A stretch of 64,000 nucleotides of DNA from Candidatus Heimdallarchaeota archaeon. GTDB taxonomy: Archaea > Asgardarchaeota > Heimdallarchaeia > Heimdallarchaeales > Heimdallarchaeaceae. The stretch's first letter is position 1, and the number at the start of each line of letters is the position of its first letter. Below the pieces are notes generated by a model, which worked only from the letters and a program-made list of their open reading frames with translations, was not told where the DNA came from and ran no database searches. Positions 10,808-20,594 of this stretch are shown here, piece after piece. The stretch covers positions 240,233 to 304,232 of the forward strand of contig JAHLWR010000001.1 of assembly GCA_019057815.1 (NCBI GenBank), written 5' to 3'. A program made the position numbers and the translations under genes.

Positions 10808-12271
10808 TTAATTCAATATCCCAACACGAACATTCTCAAATCTAGTGGGAGCAATTCCATGACCTACATAAGCTGCTTGTCCTGGTTCTCCCTTTCCACA
10901 ATTGGGTGTACCAAATACTCTCCACTCTTTTTCTTTGCATATCCCACTCACACTTCCCCAAAATTCAGGTGTTATTCCCGTGTAAGTTGCATTTTTTACC
11001 ATTTCTGTCATTTCACCATTTTTTATTCTGTAGCAAATCTCACTACCAAATTGGAAATTCATTCTTATATCATCTATACTCCAGCTTCTATTTGTGTCAA
11101 GGAAGTAGCCTTCCTTTGTATCAGCTATTAATTCATCAAAATCCCAATCCCCTGGTTTTAAATTCACATTAGTCATTCTAATGATGGGTATTTTATCATA
11201 TCCCATTGATCTTGCTGCGCCTGAACTTCTTTCTAGACCCGCTGTTTTAGCTGTTTCGCGTGATGATAAATATCCCACAAATATTCCTTTATCTACCAAT
11301 AAGTTGCTTTGAGCTTTTACTCCTTCATGATCATAAAAGAATGTCCCCAAACCTCCAGGCACAGTTGCATCAGCAACCATTGTTACTAATTCATTTCCAT
11401 ACTTGAAATTCTTATTTAAGAGATCAGGAGTTAGAAAACTTGTTCCTGCATATGCTGCCTCGTAACCTAAAGCCCTGTCAAGTTCTGTAGGGTGACCACA
11501 ACTCTCATGAACTTGTAAAGCCAGTTGAGAATGTCCCAAGATAATAGTTGATTTTTCTTGAACCATCTTTTTAGCTGTTAGTAGTTCTATCGCTTCTTTT
11601 GCAGTCTTTTCAGCTGCTTCAAGTAGATTCAATTCTTCAAAGTGCTCATATCCTCTAGTCTGAAAATCACCTCTGAAGCTAGCAGGTAAACTTCGTGTTT
11701 GTACTTCTCCACTTTCTATTGCAGTTGAAGCTACCCCCCCTCCACACCAAGTCGTTAGTTGATCTATTCTTGTTCCTTCTGTTGTATGAAGAACTAGATG
11801 ATCTTTTCTCGCTATAAAATTACTCGTTGCCACCTTTATTGTTTCAGAATGTGATTTTGCCCGTTTCGTGCATTCTTGTAAAACACCTATTTTTTCATCG
11901 ATTCCAACCTCGAAAGGATCCTTTTTGACCGGTGTTTTTACAGTATCTTCATAAATTGGTTCATCAGCTAATTCAATTTCAAACTTCCTTACTAGTGATG
12001 AAGCTTTCGCTATTTTTACAGCGCTTTCAGCAAGTTCTGTTATTTTATCTCTTGTTAATTCATTTGTTGATGCAAAACCCCATGAGCCATTTTTCAGAAC
12101 TCTTATCCCCAATCCTCTCTTTTCTGTCCTATTCATAGACTCTAAAGATTCATTCTTGAAAGAGATTGATTCTATATGGGTGTCCATAAATCTCGCATCA
12201 GCGTAATCTGCTCTCCTTAATTCACAACATTTTAATGCATAGGTTACTAAATCAGCTAGATTTCCGGACAT
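10808..12271 (-). CDS. tldD: TldD metalloprotease
   Basis: HESCGH, DHEG, RMTN, CGKG motifs. Confidence 0.9.
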   Translation of the reverse strand: MSGNLADLVTYALKCCELRRADYADARFMDTHIESISFKNESLESMNRTEKRGLGIRVLKNGSWGFASTNELTRDKITELAESAVKIAKASSLVRKFEIELADEPIYEDTVKTPVKKDPFEVGIDEKIGVLQECTKRAKSHSETIKVATSNFIARKDHLVLHTTEGTRIDQLTTWCGGGVASTAIESGEVQTRSLPASFRGDFQTRGYEHFEELNLLEAAEKTAKEAIELLTAKKMVQEKSTIILGHSQLALQVHESCGHPTELDRALGYEAAYAGTSFLTPDLLNKNFKYGNELVTMVADATVPGGLGTFFYDHEGVKAQSNLLVDKGIFVGYLSSRETAKTAGLERSSGAARSMGYDKIPIIRMTNVNLKPGDWDFDELIADTKEGYFLDTNRSWSIDDIRMNFQFGSEICYRIKNGEMTEMVKNATYTGITPEFWGSVSGICKEKEWRVFGTPNCGKGEPGQAAYVGHGIAPTRFENVRVGILN

Positions 12272-12429
12272 ATTTCTCAGAGGAATCTAATCATTCTACT
12301 TTAAAACATTTTTCGAACTAATTAAATTCTACAAAAAGAACATTCATGTAATCATAATTCCAGATATAATGTTTTAAATAATTGACTCTTTTAATATATT
12401 TCTAGATATTATTGGTGATGTGAGAAATA

Positions 12430-13233
12430 ATGAGAACGAAAACTGAGATTTTTGTGTTTTGGTGTATTATTGGGTTATTAATAACATCCCTGAACGTATC
12501 TTCAATGCAAGAAATTCCTGAAATTGATTCTATCACTTTTCATGAATCCGTGGTGAAAGAAGCTGTCTTTGATTGGAAAGTAGAGAAACATAGATTTGAA
12601 GGAGGAGATATTATCGATACAATGTCTTACCACACTCTTCATTATCAAGAAGGTGACACTTTATCCATCAAAATAGTAAAAGACCCATCTGAATCTTCTC
12701 CTGAAGAAGTAGGTTTTGGAATTTTTGAATATCAACTGAACGGAACACCGTTTTCATTTGAAGATTCACTATTTATGATGAGCGATACTCTTCGAACATT
12801 TTATTATATATTACTGTATCCAATTCAATACAGTAATAACACTGGTACACATGACTTTTTCGAATTATACTATGAGTATTTATTATTGCGGAAAGAGTCG
12901 AAAGAATCAATGAGCGAAGATATAACAATAACTGTTGAATTTGGTAATAAATATCTGTCTTATGAACAAGATATTTTAACAGAAATAGAAGGTATGTCAC
13001 TAGAAAGCCATGATAAAGCAATTTGGAACATAGAAACCGGATTTCTGGAAAAATCTGAAACTTATACTGAGGTTAATAATGATGGAAACATATCATCTTA
13101 TGAGTCATTAATAGAGCTTCAAAATGGCAGTATCAGTATACCATTCAACTGGATTTATAGCTTGTATGGGCTAATTTTCATTAGTATATCTGTGTTAGTA
13201 TTCAGAAAAAGAAAGAAAATTCTTGATAAATAG
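12430..13233 (+). CDS. Secreted/surface protein with C-terminal membrane anchor
   Basis: N-terminal signal peptide, acidic body, C-terminal IPFNW-TM helix-RKRKK; GGTGA SD. Confidence 0.7.
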   Translation: MRTKTEIFVFWCIIGLLITSLNVSSMQEIPEIDSITFHESVVKEAVFDWKVEKHRFEGGDIIDTMSYHTLHYQEGDTLSIKIVKDPSESSPEEVGFGIFEYQLNGTPFSFEDSLFMMSDTLRTFYYILLYPIQYSNNTGTHDFFELYYEYLLLRKESKESMSEDITITVEFGNKYLSYEQDILTEIEGMSLESHDKAIWNIETGFLEKSETYTEVNNDGNISSYESLIELQNGSISIPFNWIYSLYGLIFISISVLVFRKRKKILDK

Positions 13234-13309
13234 TTCAAACTTTTTTTTTCTTTTTTCAGTTTAACATAGAATAACAGAGAGTTCTTGTCCTTTATGTGGT
13301 GGTAGTTCC

Positions 13310-14060
13310 TCAATCTGTTTCCCGAAATTCTTGAAGATAACAGTCAATTAACGCTTCAAGTAGGATATTTGAATAAGATATAACTACCTTCTTCTCTATA
13401 AACTCATCTGTAACATGTAATTTATCCATTCTTCCAGGACCAAAAATCACGAAGGGTGTGTTTTTAGGAGGGATTAAAATCCCTGCGTCAGTTCCGTAAG
13501 CTAACCGATTTTTTCCCCCCCACCCATCTTATGTGCTTTTTCTTTCAAGGATGTAATGAAATCTGATTGTTCATTATACTCAATTGCAGGGATGGTGAAA
13601 ATATATTCTAGTTCAGCTTTTGCTTTATTTTCGCGATTAAACTGTGAAATAGTTTCTTCAAACTTAGATCTAATCTGATTATCATCAATACTAGATGGTA
13701 ATCTATAAATGCTGCAACAGCACCTTTCATATCAGTTGAGCCTCGACCATAGATATTATCATCATATTCCTCTCCGCTAAGAGGAGGATAAGTCCATCGC
13801 TTTTTATCCCCTGAAATAACAGTATCAATATGGCCAGTTAGAATAATAGATTTTTCACCCTCACCATATTCAGCTATTAGATTAGCATGGTCTTCTTTAT
13901 ATTCTTGGATTTCACATTTGATACCTCCTGATTTGAGAATGTTTGCAATAAATTTTACAGCCTCAATAGTTCTACCAGGAGGGTTTTCAGTGTTGAACTG
14001 TATTAATTTTCTAAGTAAAGGAATAACATCATTTTCAGTAATTGTTCCTTCGTACATCAT
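13310..14060 (-). pseudogene. Degenerate M20 (ArgE/DapE-like) metallohydrolase, tandem paralog of 14141-15274
   Basis: N-terminus aligns with paralog to MKGAVAAF, then jumps out of frame to YRLPSSIDD (paralog DYRIIP, about 139 codons later). A second frameshift near 13505-13525 precedes AYGTDAG...FGPGRMDKLHVTDE, stop at 13310. Confidence 0.85.
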
Positions 14061-14140
14061 TTCTCAAATTAATTTAAAAAAAAGAGAATTAAAGGTGTTT
14101 CGGGAAGAAATCTTTCTTCTAATATCCTCTTTTAATGCTT

Positions 14141-15274
14141 TCATTTGTAGTGTTTTAGAATTGTATCGAGTATGATATTTGAATATAATACCACTTCTTC
14201 TTTCAAAGTATATTCATCAGTAACGTGCAACTTGTCTAACCTTCCAGGTCCAAATATTGCAAAAGCTGTGTTATTCTCAGGAACGAGGATAGCTCCATCA
14301 GTCCCAAAAGTTACTCCAAAGATTGAACCGTAGTTATCTTTTTCAGCTCTTCTTTTGAGAAGGTCTAAGAATCTTGACTCTTGGGTCATATCAATTGAAG
14401 GTGTATCCTGCATAATTTCCATTTCTGTTTGAGATTTATTGTTTTTATTGAAATCACTTATAATGGTTTGAATTGATTCTTTAATGGTTTCACGGTCTAT
14501 ATTGGGTATAATGCGATAATCCAATGTGAATTCACAATACTCTGGTACAACATTTGGGGCCGTTCCCCCCTTTATTTGACCAATGTTCAATGTGGATTTA
14601 CCAAGAAGATGATGATTGAGATTAGGAACTATTTCTTTCATTTTAGGTATAAGTTCAGTAGCAGCTTCAATTGAATTAACTCCTAAATGAGGTGTAGAAC
14701 CATGAGCTGATTCTCCTGTAATTTTTATTTTAATCCATAGTACTCCTTTTTGAGCTTTGGCAATTTTTAACTCAGTTGGTTCGCCAATAAGAATGAAATG
14801 GCAGTTTTCCATCACACCCGCTTTCTGTGATACTTTAGCCCCTTCCATCCCTATTTCTTCATCAGAAGTAATCAAGAGTTTTATTTTACCATTCAATTTT
14901 ACATTCTGTTGCTTGAGATATTTGATTACAGCCATGAAAGAGGCAACAGCACCTTTCATATCAGTAGAACCACGTCCATAGATTTTTCCGTCATGTTCTT
15001 CGCCACTAAATGGAGGGTATGACCATTTAGATTCATCTCCAGCTGGAACTACATCAATATGTCCACATAATATAACGCTCTCTTCTCCTTCTCCATATTC
15101 AGCTATTAAATTTGCATGGCCTTCTTTATATTCTTGGATTTTACATTTTATACCTAAGTTTTCAAACATTTCTGCCAAATATTTTATAGCTTCAATTGTT
15201 TTGCCTGGAGGGTTAACTGTTCTAAATTTAATTAATTCTTTTAATATAGGAATTACATCATTTTCTAGAATCAT
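14141..15274 (-). CDS. M20 family metallohydrolase (ArgE/DapE-like)
   Basis: GHIDVV, GRGSTDMKG, DEE, GEPT, HGS, LHVTDE. Confidence 0.9.
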   Translation of the reverse strand: MILENDVIPILKELIKFRTVNPPGKTIEAIKYLAEMFENLGIKCKIQEYKEGHANLIAEYGEGEESVILCGHIDVVPAGDESKWSYPPFSGEEHDGKIYGRGSTDMKGAVASFMAVIKYLKQQNVKLNGKIKLLITSDEEIGMEGAKVSQKAGVMENCHFILIGEPTELKIAKAQKGVLWIKIKITGESAHGSTPHLGVNSIEAATELIPKMKEIVPNLNHHLLGKSTLNIGQIKGGTAPNVVPEYCEFTLDYRIIPNIDRETIKESIQTIISDFNKNNKSQTEMEIMQDTPSIDMTQESRFLDLLKRRAEKDNYGSIFGVTFGTDGAILVPENNTAFAIFGPGRLDKLHVTDEYTLKEEVVLYSNIILDTILKHYK

Positions 15275-15319
15275 TTTATCACCAAAACTCTTTGATTGTA
15301 AGAAATTCTTTTATTGACA

Positions 15320-16927
15320 TTAAATCACTTCTTCTGAAATATGTTTTCTTAATTTAAATTGCTTATAATTACTTGGTCGAAGGAAGAGATACGCAATAAT
15401 ACCTATAACAGCTATTAATGCAGCTATATAAAAAGTGATAATATATGCATATGCATCTAAACCAAAATCAGTTACTGAAGCCATAACACTATTCGCATAT
15501 GAAGATAGAGAAGAAAGATAGAGATTAGGATCAGATATTCTAGAAACAATTATAGCATTTGTAATTGGTTTTGTGAGAAAAGCTATTCCAGTACTCAATA
15601 GAATAATATATCCTATCAACCATGAGAGATTTAGATACTTCTTTTTTTTCACTGGAAGTACTTTTTTTGAAAGTAAATATATCAACAACCCAACAATTAC
15701 AAGAACCATAATTGTGTAAATCATAATTATTACAGAATTAGAGGCAACAATGGCATCAGCTACTGGTCCTGTTAGAATTGTTCCACCCAATCCCCATGCT
15801 AAAAAGAAAGCAGCGTTATAATATCCCATCATTCTCCCCCTTCTTTCTAGAGGAACGACTCTTGTTACCATGGCATAAGAAGTTGTTTGTATCCAAACTC
15901 GCGATGTACCTTTAAGAGCCATATAAATGAAATAAATAACTATACTAGAAGCGAAAGGAAGGGAAATAGTAGCTATAAATACTAACGAAAAACCAATAAG
16001 TAACATACGGTCATCACCGAAACGAGTAGTGAAAAATCCAATAGCTAAACCTGCTATAATCATTGCAATGCTACTTGTGTTTCTTAATTGCGCTATCACA
16101 ATATCAGAAGCTGCAAATGTGTCTGGTAAGCGAGTATAAATTTGAATCATTTGACCTATGCTGTTTCCACCGATGTTTACAATAGCTACAATAATGATTA
16201 ACCAAACAAACAGTTTCCAGTTCCAGATAGATGAAGGCTTCTTACGATTTTTCAATGCTAAATCTGAATTAATTTCTTGTTTTACATTATTTTCTTCTAT
16301 CTGTTCTTCTAAATCAGCATATGATTCAGGAATTAAAAACAAGGCAACTATGCTAAAAACCATAATCCCAGATGAGATATAGAAGAGAGAACCATCCCAA
16401 AACCCTAATCCGCTATTGTAGAGAAATCCACTAGCAGTAACGCCCAAAACATTTCCTATCCCACCAACAAATTGTAACCTACCCATGACTTTGCTTCTTT
16501 CTGTATCTTTAGTTAAATCAGCAATTAGAGTTGACCAACCTAAATTGCTACTACTCCATCCTGCTTCAATGACGGTAAAACCTATAATTATTACAAAAGC
16601 TGCAGCTCTTAAACTGTTATTCGCTCCAACACGTTTATGTATCCAGAACACCACAAGATACCCAATTGCTGCGTATGTTTCACCAAAGATAATTAGTAGC
16701 CTTCTTTTCTTGAATCGATCAGAAATTCTACCCCACAATGTTGATTGAGCAACAATATTTACGACCATTGGCAATGTTGCAAAAAGAGTCATCTCGGTGT
16801 TTGATACTCCAAGAAATTCTTTCAAGTAGATACTAAGAAAAAAATAGAAAATACCACGTCTAAACATTGTCATGACTTGAAATATTGATAAGCTCACAAA
16901 GTGTTTAGTCTTCAATTGGTAAAGCAC
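15320..16927 (-). CDS. MFS transporter
   Basis: WGRISDRFKKRR motif A, 12+ TM segments. Confidence 0.85.
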   Translation of the reverse strand: MLYQLKTKHFVSLSIFQVMTMFRRGIFYFFLSIYLKEFLGVSNTEMTLFATLPMVVNIVAQSTLWGRISDRFKKRRLLIIFGETYAAIGYLVVFWIHKRVGANNSLRAAAFVIIIGFTVIEAGWSSSNLGWSTLIADLTKDTERSKVMGRLQFVGGIGNVLGVTASGFLYNSGLGFWDGSLFYISSGIMVFSIVALFLIPESYADLEEQIEENNVKQEINSDLALKNRKKPSSIWNWKLFVWLIIIVAIVNIGGNSIGQMIQIYTRLPDTFAASDIVIAQLRNTSSIAMIIAGLAIGFFTTRFGDDRMLLIGFSLVFIATISLPFASSIVIYFIYMALKGTSRVWIQTTSYAMVTRVVPLERRGRMMGYYNAAFFLAWGLGGTILTGPVADAIVASNSVIIMIYTIMVLVIVGLLIYLLSKKVLPVKKKKYLNLSWLIGYIILLSTGIAFLTKPITNAIIVSRISDPNLYLSSLSSYANSVMASVTDFGLDAYAYIITFYIAALIAVIGIIAYLFLRPSNYKQFKLRKHISEEVI

Positions 16928-17140
16928 CTTTCTTTAGTTTTTTAAATCAATAGACTCTTTTTTGCTTCTGTTTCAAAAAAAATACAAACGGGTTATTAAG
17001 ATTATGTTTTGGATTATTTTGCGTTTTTCACTTATGAAAAAACCATTAATAGGATAGTGTATACATAACTTAAGTATCATTAATAAGTGTCCAAATTACA
17101 AAAAGTAATAATTCTCATCAAAAGATAGGATAGGATTTAT

Positions 17141-17476
17141 GTGTCTGTTTCTACAAAAACATCTTTTACCTACAGAAGTATACTTTCTATTGGATTAGTG
17201 ATACTTGGGTTATCCTTAATAATAGTTAGAATTTGGATTGATAGCTCTTTATGGAAAATAGTACTTATTGCTGTTGGAGCATCTATTGCATTATTTGGAT
17301 ATTTATCAACAAGAACCATTTCTCAATTAAATGACCATAAGTGTCCTATTTGCAAAGGTACAGGAAGCACTTGTTCAAGAGCTTGTATTAGTTGTTCAAT
17401 TAAATCTTCTAAATGTACATATTGTAATGGTACTGGTAGAATAGTAAAAGAAAGCAAAGAAAGGACGAATCTTTAG
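17141..17476 (+). CDS. Small membrane protein with DnaJ-type CxxCxGxG zinc finger
   Basis: Two TM helices, then CPICKGTG...CTYCNGTG. Confidence 0.6.
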   Translation: MSVSTKTSFTYRSILSIGLVILGLSLIIVRIWIDSSLWKIVLIAVGASIALFGYLSTRTISQLNDHKCPICKGTGSTCSRACISCSIKSSKCTYCNGTGRIVKESKERTNL

Positions 17477-17657
17477 GCTGTTCTTTTGCAGGTTTCTTCT
17501 CTTTTATTTGAAAAATCTTTTATATGCTTTGATTCTTCCTTTATTTGAGGACAATGAATAAAGGTGAATGCGAAACAAACAGATAAAGATTTTATTGTGC
17601 CTTTATTTAGTAATTATGTACTCTTTGATCCTAATAGTAAAGTTTTGAGGTGTTTAC

Positions 17658-19583
17658 ATGTCAATGGTAGAAGTTACTTTGCCTGATGGTAGTAAAATAG
17701 AGATAAAAAAAGGTAAAACGGTCTTAGATGTAGCTGAAAACATAGGACCAGGTTTAGCAAAAGCTGCTATTGCTGGTAGGTTGAATGATGACTTTGTAGA
17801 TTTAACTTGTAAAATCGTAGATAATTGTAATCTTGAGATTATTACACTAAAATCTGATGATGCTTTTCATATCCTCAATCATAGCGCAGCTCATATCATG
17901 GCAAGTGCGGTTGTAAAAATATTCCCAAATGCCCGTCCAACCATCGGACCTGCAGTTGATGAGGGATTTTACTATGATTTTGCAATTGACGAACCCTTTT
18001 CTCAGGAGGATTTAGAGAATATCGAATCTCAGATGAAGGAATTCATAGAAGCTGATACACCCTTTGTAAGGGAGGATATCTCCATTAAAGAAGCGATAGA
18101 ATACTATAAATTAACTGAAGATAACAAATTCAAGGTAGAAATACTTGAAGAAATTGATGATAGTAACTCAATATCATTTTATAGTCATAATAATGGGGAT
18201 TTCAAAGATTTATGCCGAGGACCGCACGTTCCCTCCACAAAGAGAGTGACAACTGTTAAACTACTTAGTGTTTCCTCAGCTTTCTGGAGAGGTGATGCTA
18301 AACGTGAGTCACTTCAACGAATTTATGGGATAGCTTTTCCAACAGAAAAGGATCTTAAGAAGCATCTTAGGATGCTTGAAGAAGCTAAAAAACGCGACCA
18401 TAGAATTCTTGGCCCACAACTTGATCTTTTCGACACTGCAGACGAATGGGGGCCTGGAATGCCTTTAATCTTTCCCAAAGGTCGAGTTATTCTAGAAACT
18501 ATGAGAAACTTTTGGGAAAAAGAACACAAGAAAGCTGGATATGAGATAGTACAAACACCTCACATATTCAAAGAAATAGTATGGCAAACAAGCGGTCATA
18601 CTGAATATTTCATCGAAAATATGTTTCCTGTAGATTTACGAGGAGAACTTTGGTATGTAAAACCAATGAACTGTCCAGGACACATGATGATCTACAACAG
18701 ACGTGCTTATTCATACAAAGAATTACCTGTACGTATTGGAGAAATGGGAACTGTTTATCGATATGAATTATCTGGAGTTTTGCATGGTCTATTTAGAATA
18801 CGTAGTTTTACTCAAGATGATGCACATATATTCATGCTACCTTCCCAACTAGAAGATGAAATTGTCAATGTAATAAACATGGTTAATCATTTCTACAAGA
18901 CTTTTGGGTTTAAGGAATGGGAATATTTCATAAGTACTAAACCTGCAAAAGCTATTGGAACAGAAGAAGGTTGGGAACATGCAACTAATGCACTGATAAA
19001 TGCCATGAAACGTGTTGATATACCTTTTAAAATTAAGAAGGGTGATGGAGCTTTTTATGGTCCTAAAATTGATGTTGATGTCAAAGATGCAATAGGGCGA
19101 AAATGGCAACTATCAACCATTCAAGTTGATTTCAACTTACCTGAAAGATTTGACATTAATTATTTAGGAGAAGACAGTCAAAAGCATAGACCGTATGTTA
19201 TTCATAGAGTAATATATGGTGCAACGGAGAGGTTCTTAGCAATACTAGTCGAACACTATGAAGGTAAAATGCCTGTTTGGTTGAGTCCTATACAAGTTGT
19301 AGTTATTCCAATTACTGACAATCATGTAAATTATGCTAAAAAAGTAGTTGAAGAATTCAGTAAAGCAGAAATTCGCGCAGAAGCAGATACGAGCGGTGAA
19401 AGAATGGAATATAAAATCCGTCAAGCTACTTTAAACAAAATCCCATATATACTAAATGTTGGTGATAAAGAACTTGAATCTAAGACAATAGCAGTGAGAT
19501 CCAGGGGAAATAAAGTAGAATTTGGGGTAAACATTCCAGACTTTATCAATAAAATACTAAAGGAAATTGAAAATTATCAATAA
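17658..19583 (+). CDS. thrS: Threonine--tRNA ligase (bacterial/eukaryal architecture)
   Basis: TGS domain (TLPDGS), HSAAH/DLCRGPH editing domain, KPMNCPGH, FTQDDAH, GAFYGPK; GAGGTG SD. Confidence 0.97.
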   Translation: MSMVEVTLPDGSKIEIKKGKTVLDVAENIGPGLAKAAIAGRLNDDFVDLTCKIVDNCNLEIITLKSDDAFHILNHSAAHIMASAVVKIFPNARPTIGPAVDEGFYYDFAIDEPFSQEDLENIESQMKEFIEADTPFVREDISIKEAIEYYKLTEDNKFKVEILEEIDDSNSISFYSHNNGDFKDLCRGPHVPSTKRVTTVKLLSVSSAFWRGDAKRESLQRIYGIAFPTEKDLKKHLRMLEEAKKRDHRILGPQLDLFDTADEWGPGMPLIFPKGRVILETMRNFWEKEHKKAGYEIVQTPHIFKEIVWQTSGHTEYFIENMFPVDLRGELWYVKPMNCPGHMMIYNRRAYSYKELPVRIGEMGTVYRYELSGVLHGLFRIRSFTQDDAHIFMLPSQLEDEIVNVINMVNHFYKTFGFKEWEYFISTKPAKAIGTEEGWEHATNALINAMKRVDIPFKIKKGDGAFYGPKIDVDVKDAIGRKWQLSTIQVDFNLPERFDINYLGEDSQKHRPYVIHRVIYGATERFLAILVEHYEGKMPVWLSPIQVVVIPITDNHVNYAKKVVEEFSKAEIRAEADTSGERMEYKIRQATLNKIPYILNVGDKELESKTIAVRSRGNKVEFGVNIPDFINKILKEIENYQ

Positions 19584-19662
19584 CCTTTCTCCATTTTTCT
19601 TTTAACTGATTTTAAAAATTATTAGAAAACAGGATATTATAAATAAAAGAAAAAGAGAGAGA

Positions 19663-20340
19663 TTACTTTTGCATTTTAGCAAACTCTTCTTCAATATGAG
19701 CAATTTTTATACCTAAACTGTCCATAAGCTGGAAACACCAACCTAACCAGACATTAACAAAACCTTTAGCTCCTGCATCAACTACTCCAGCTTCTTTTAA
19801 AACAGGCAATAGATTAGGAGTATTTTCTAACGAAGAAACAGCCTCTTTATATGATTCTATTATCATTTCTGACCAACCTCCGTCCCCATCAACGATTTCT
19901 CGAGCCTTATTAGCGGTATCCTTCATAACTGTTAAAATCGTACCTTCCGCAGGATTTAAAACAGCTTCATAAGCCCATTCAGAGCCAGTTTGAAGAGCTT
20001 TAGCAAATTCTTTAACTGTAACTTCATCATATTCTTCGATTTCAGCGCTAAAACCTTGGAAGAATTGGGAGATAATAACTCCAGAATTTCCTTTAGCTCC
20101 CATAAAACTCCCTTTTGTTAATAATTCTGCAGCTTCACGAACTGAACTGGGTTCAACATCATTAAATTGTTCCACAACAGTACGCATGGTCAAAAACATA
20201 TTAACGCCTGTGTCACCGTCTGGTATAGGGAAGACATTTATAGCGTTTATTTCTTCTTTTGTTTGTTCTAGATTATTTGCAGCAGATATGACCATTTTTT
20301 TCAGTGTTATTCCGTCTAACTTTGAACTGTTTAACATCAT
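19663..20340 (-). CDS. DAK2 domain protein (FakA/YloV N-terminal-like)
   Basis: INVFPIPDGDTGVNM, GNSGVI, EGTILTV, VVDAGAKG; start after GGTGA SD. Confidence 0.85.
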   Translation of the reverse strand: MMLNSSKLDGITLKKMVISAANNLEQTKEEINAINVFPIPDGDTGVNMFLTMRTVVEQFNDVEPSSVREAAELLTKGSFMGAKGNSGVIISQFFQGFSAEIEEYDEVTVKEFAKALQTGSEWAYEAVLNPAEGTILTVMKDTANKAREIVDGDGGWSEMIIESYKEAVSSLENTPNLLPVLKEAGVVDAGAKGFVNVWLGWCFQLMDSLGIKIAHIEEEFAKMQK

Positions 20341-20594
20341 AATTTTCACCCATCTTGTGGGTTAGATACCTTCGCTTTTAACATATTTGATGCCTTATTT
20401 AATATTTACGTGCTTTTCCCGTCATATAATATGGCTTCATATGCTCTTCATGAGAGTGCGTCTATCAAAGATGGTTACAAAGTCTTTATAAAATTATTCA
20501 TATTTCAATATTATACGCGTGGAGAATAGTGTTTTCGTAATTAATGAAAAAAGAAAGATAAATTATGCTTTAAATTATTTAGTCCTTAATTGCA

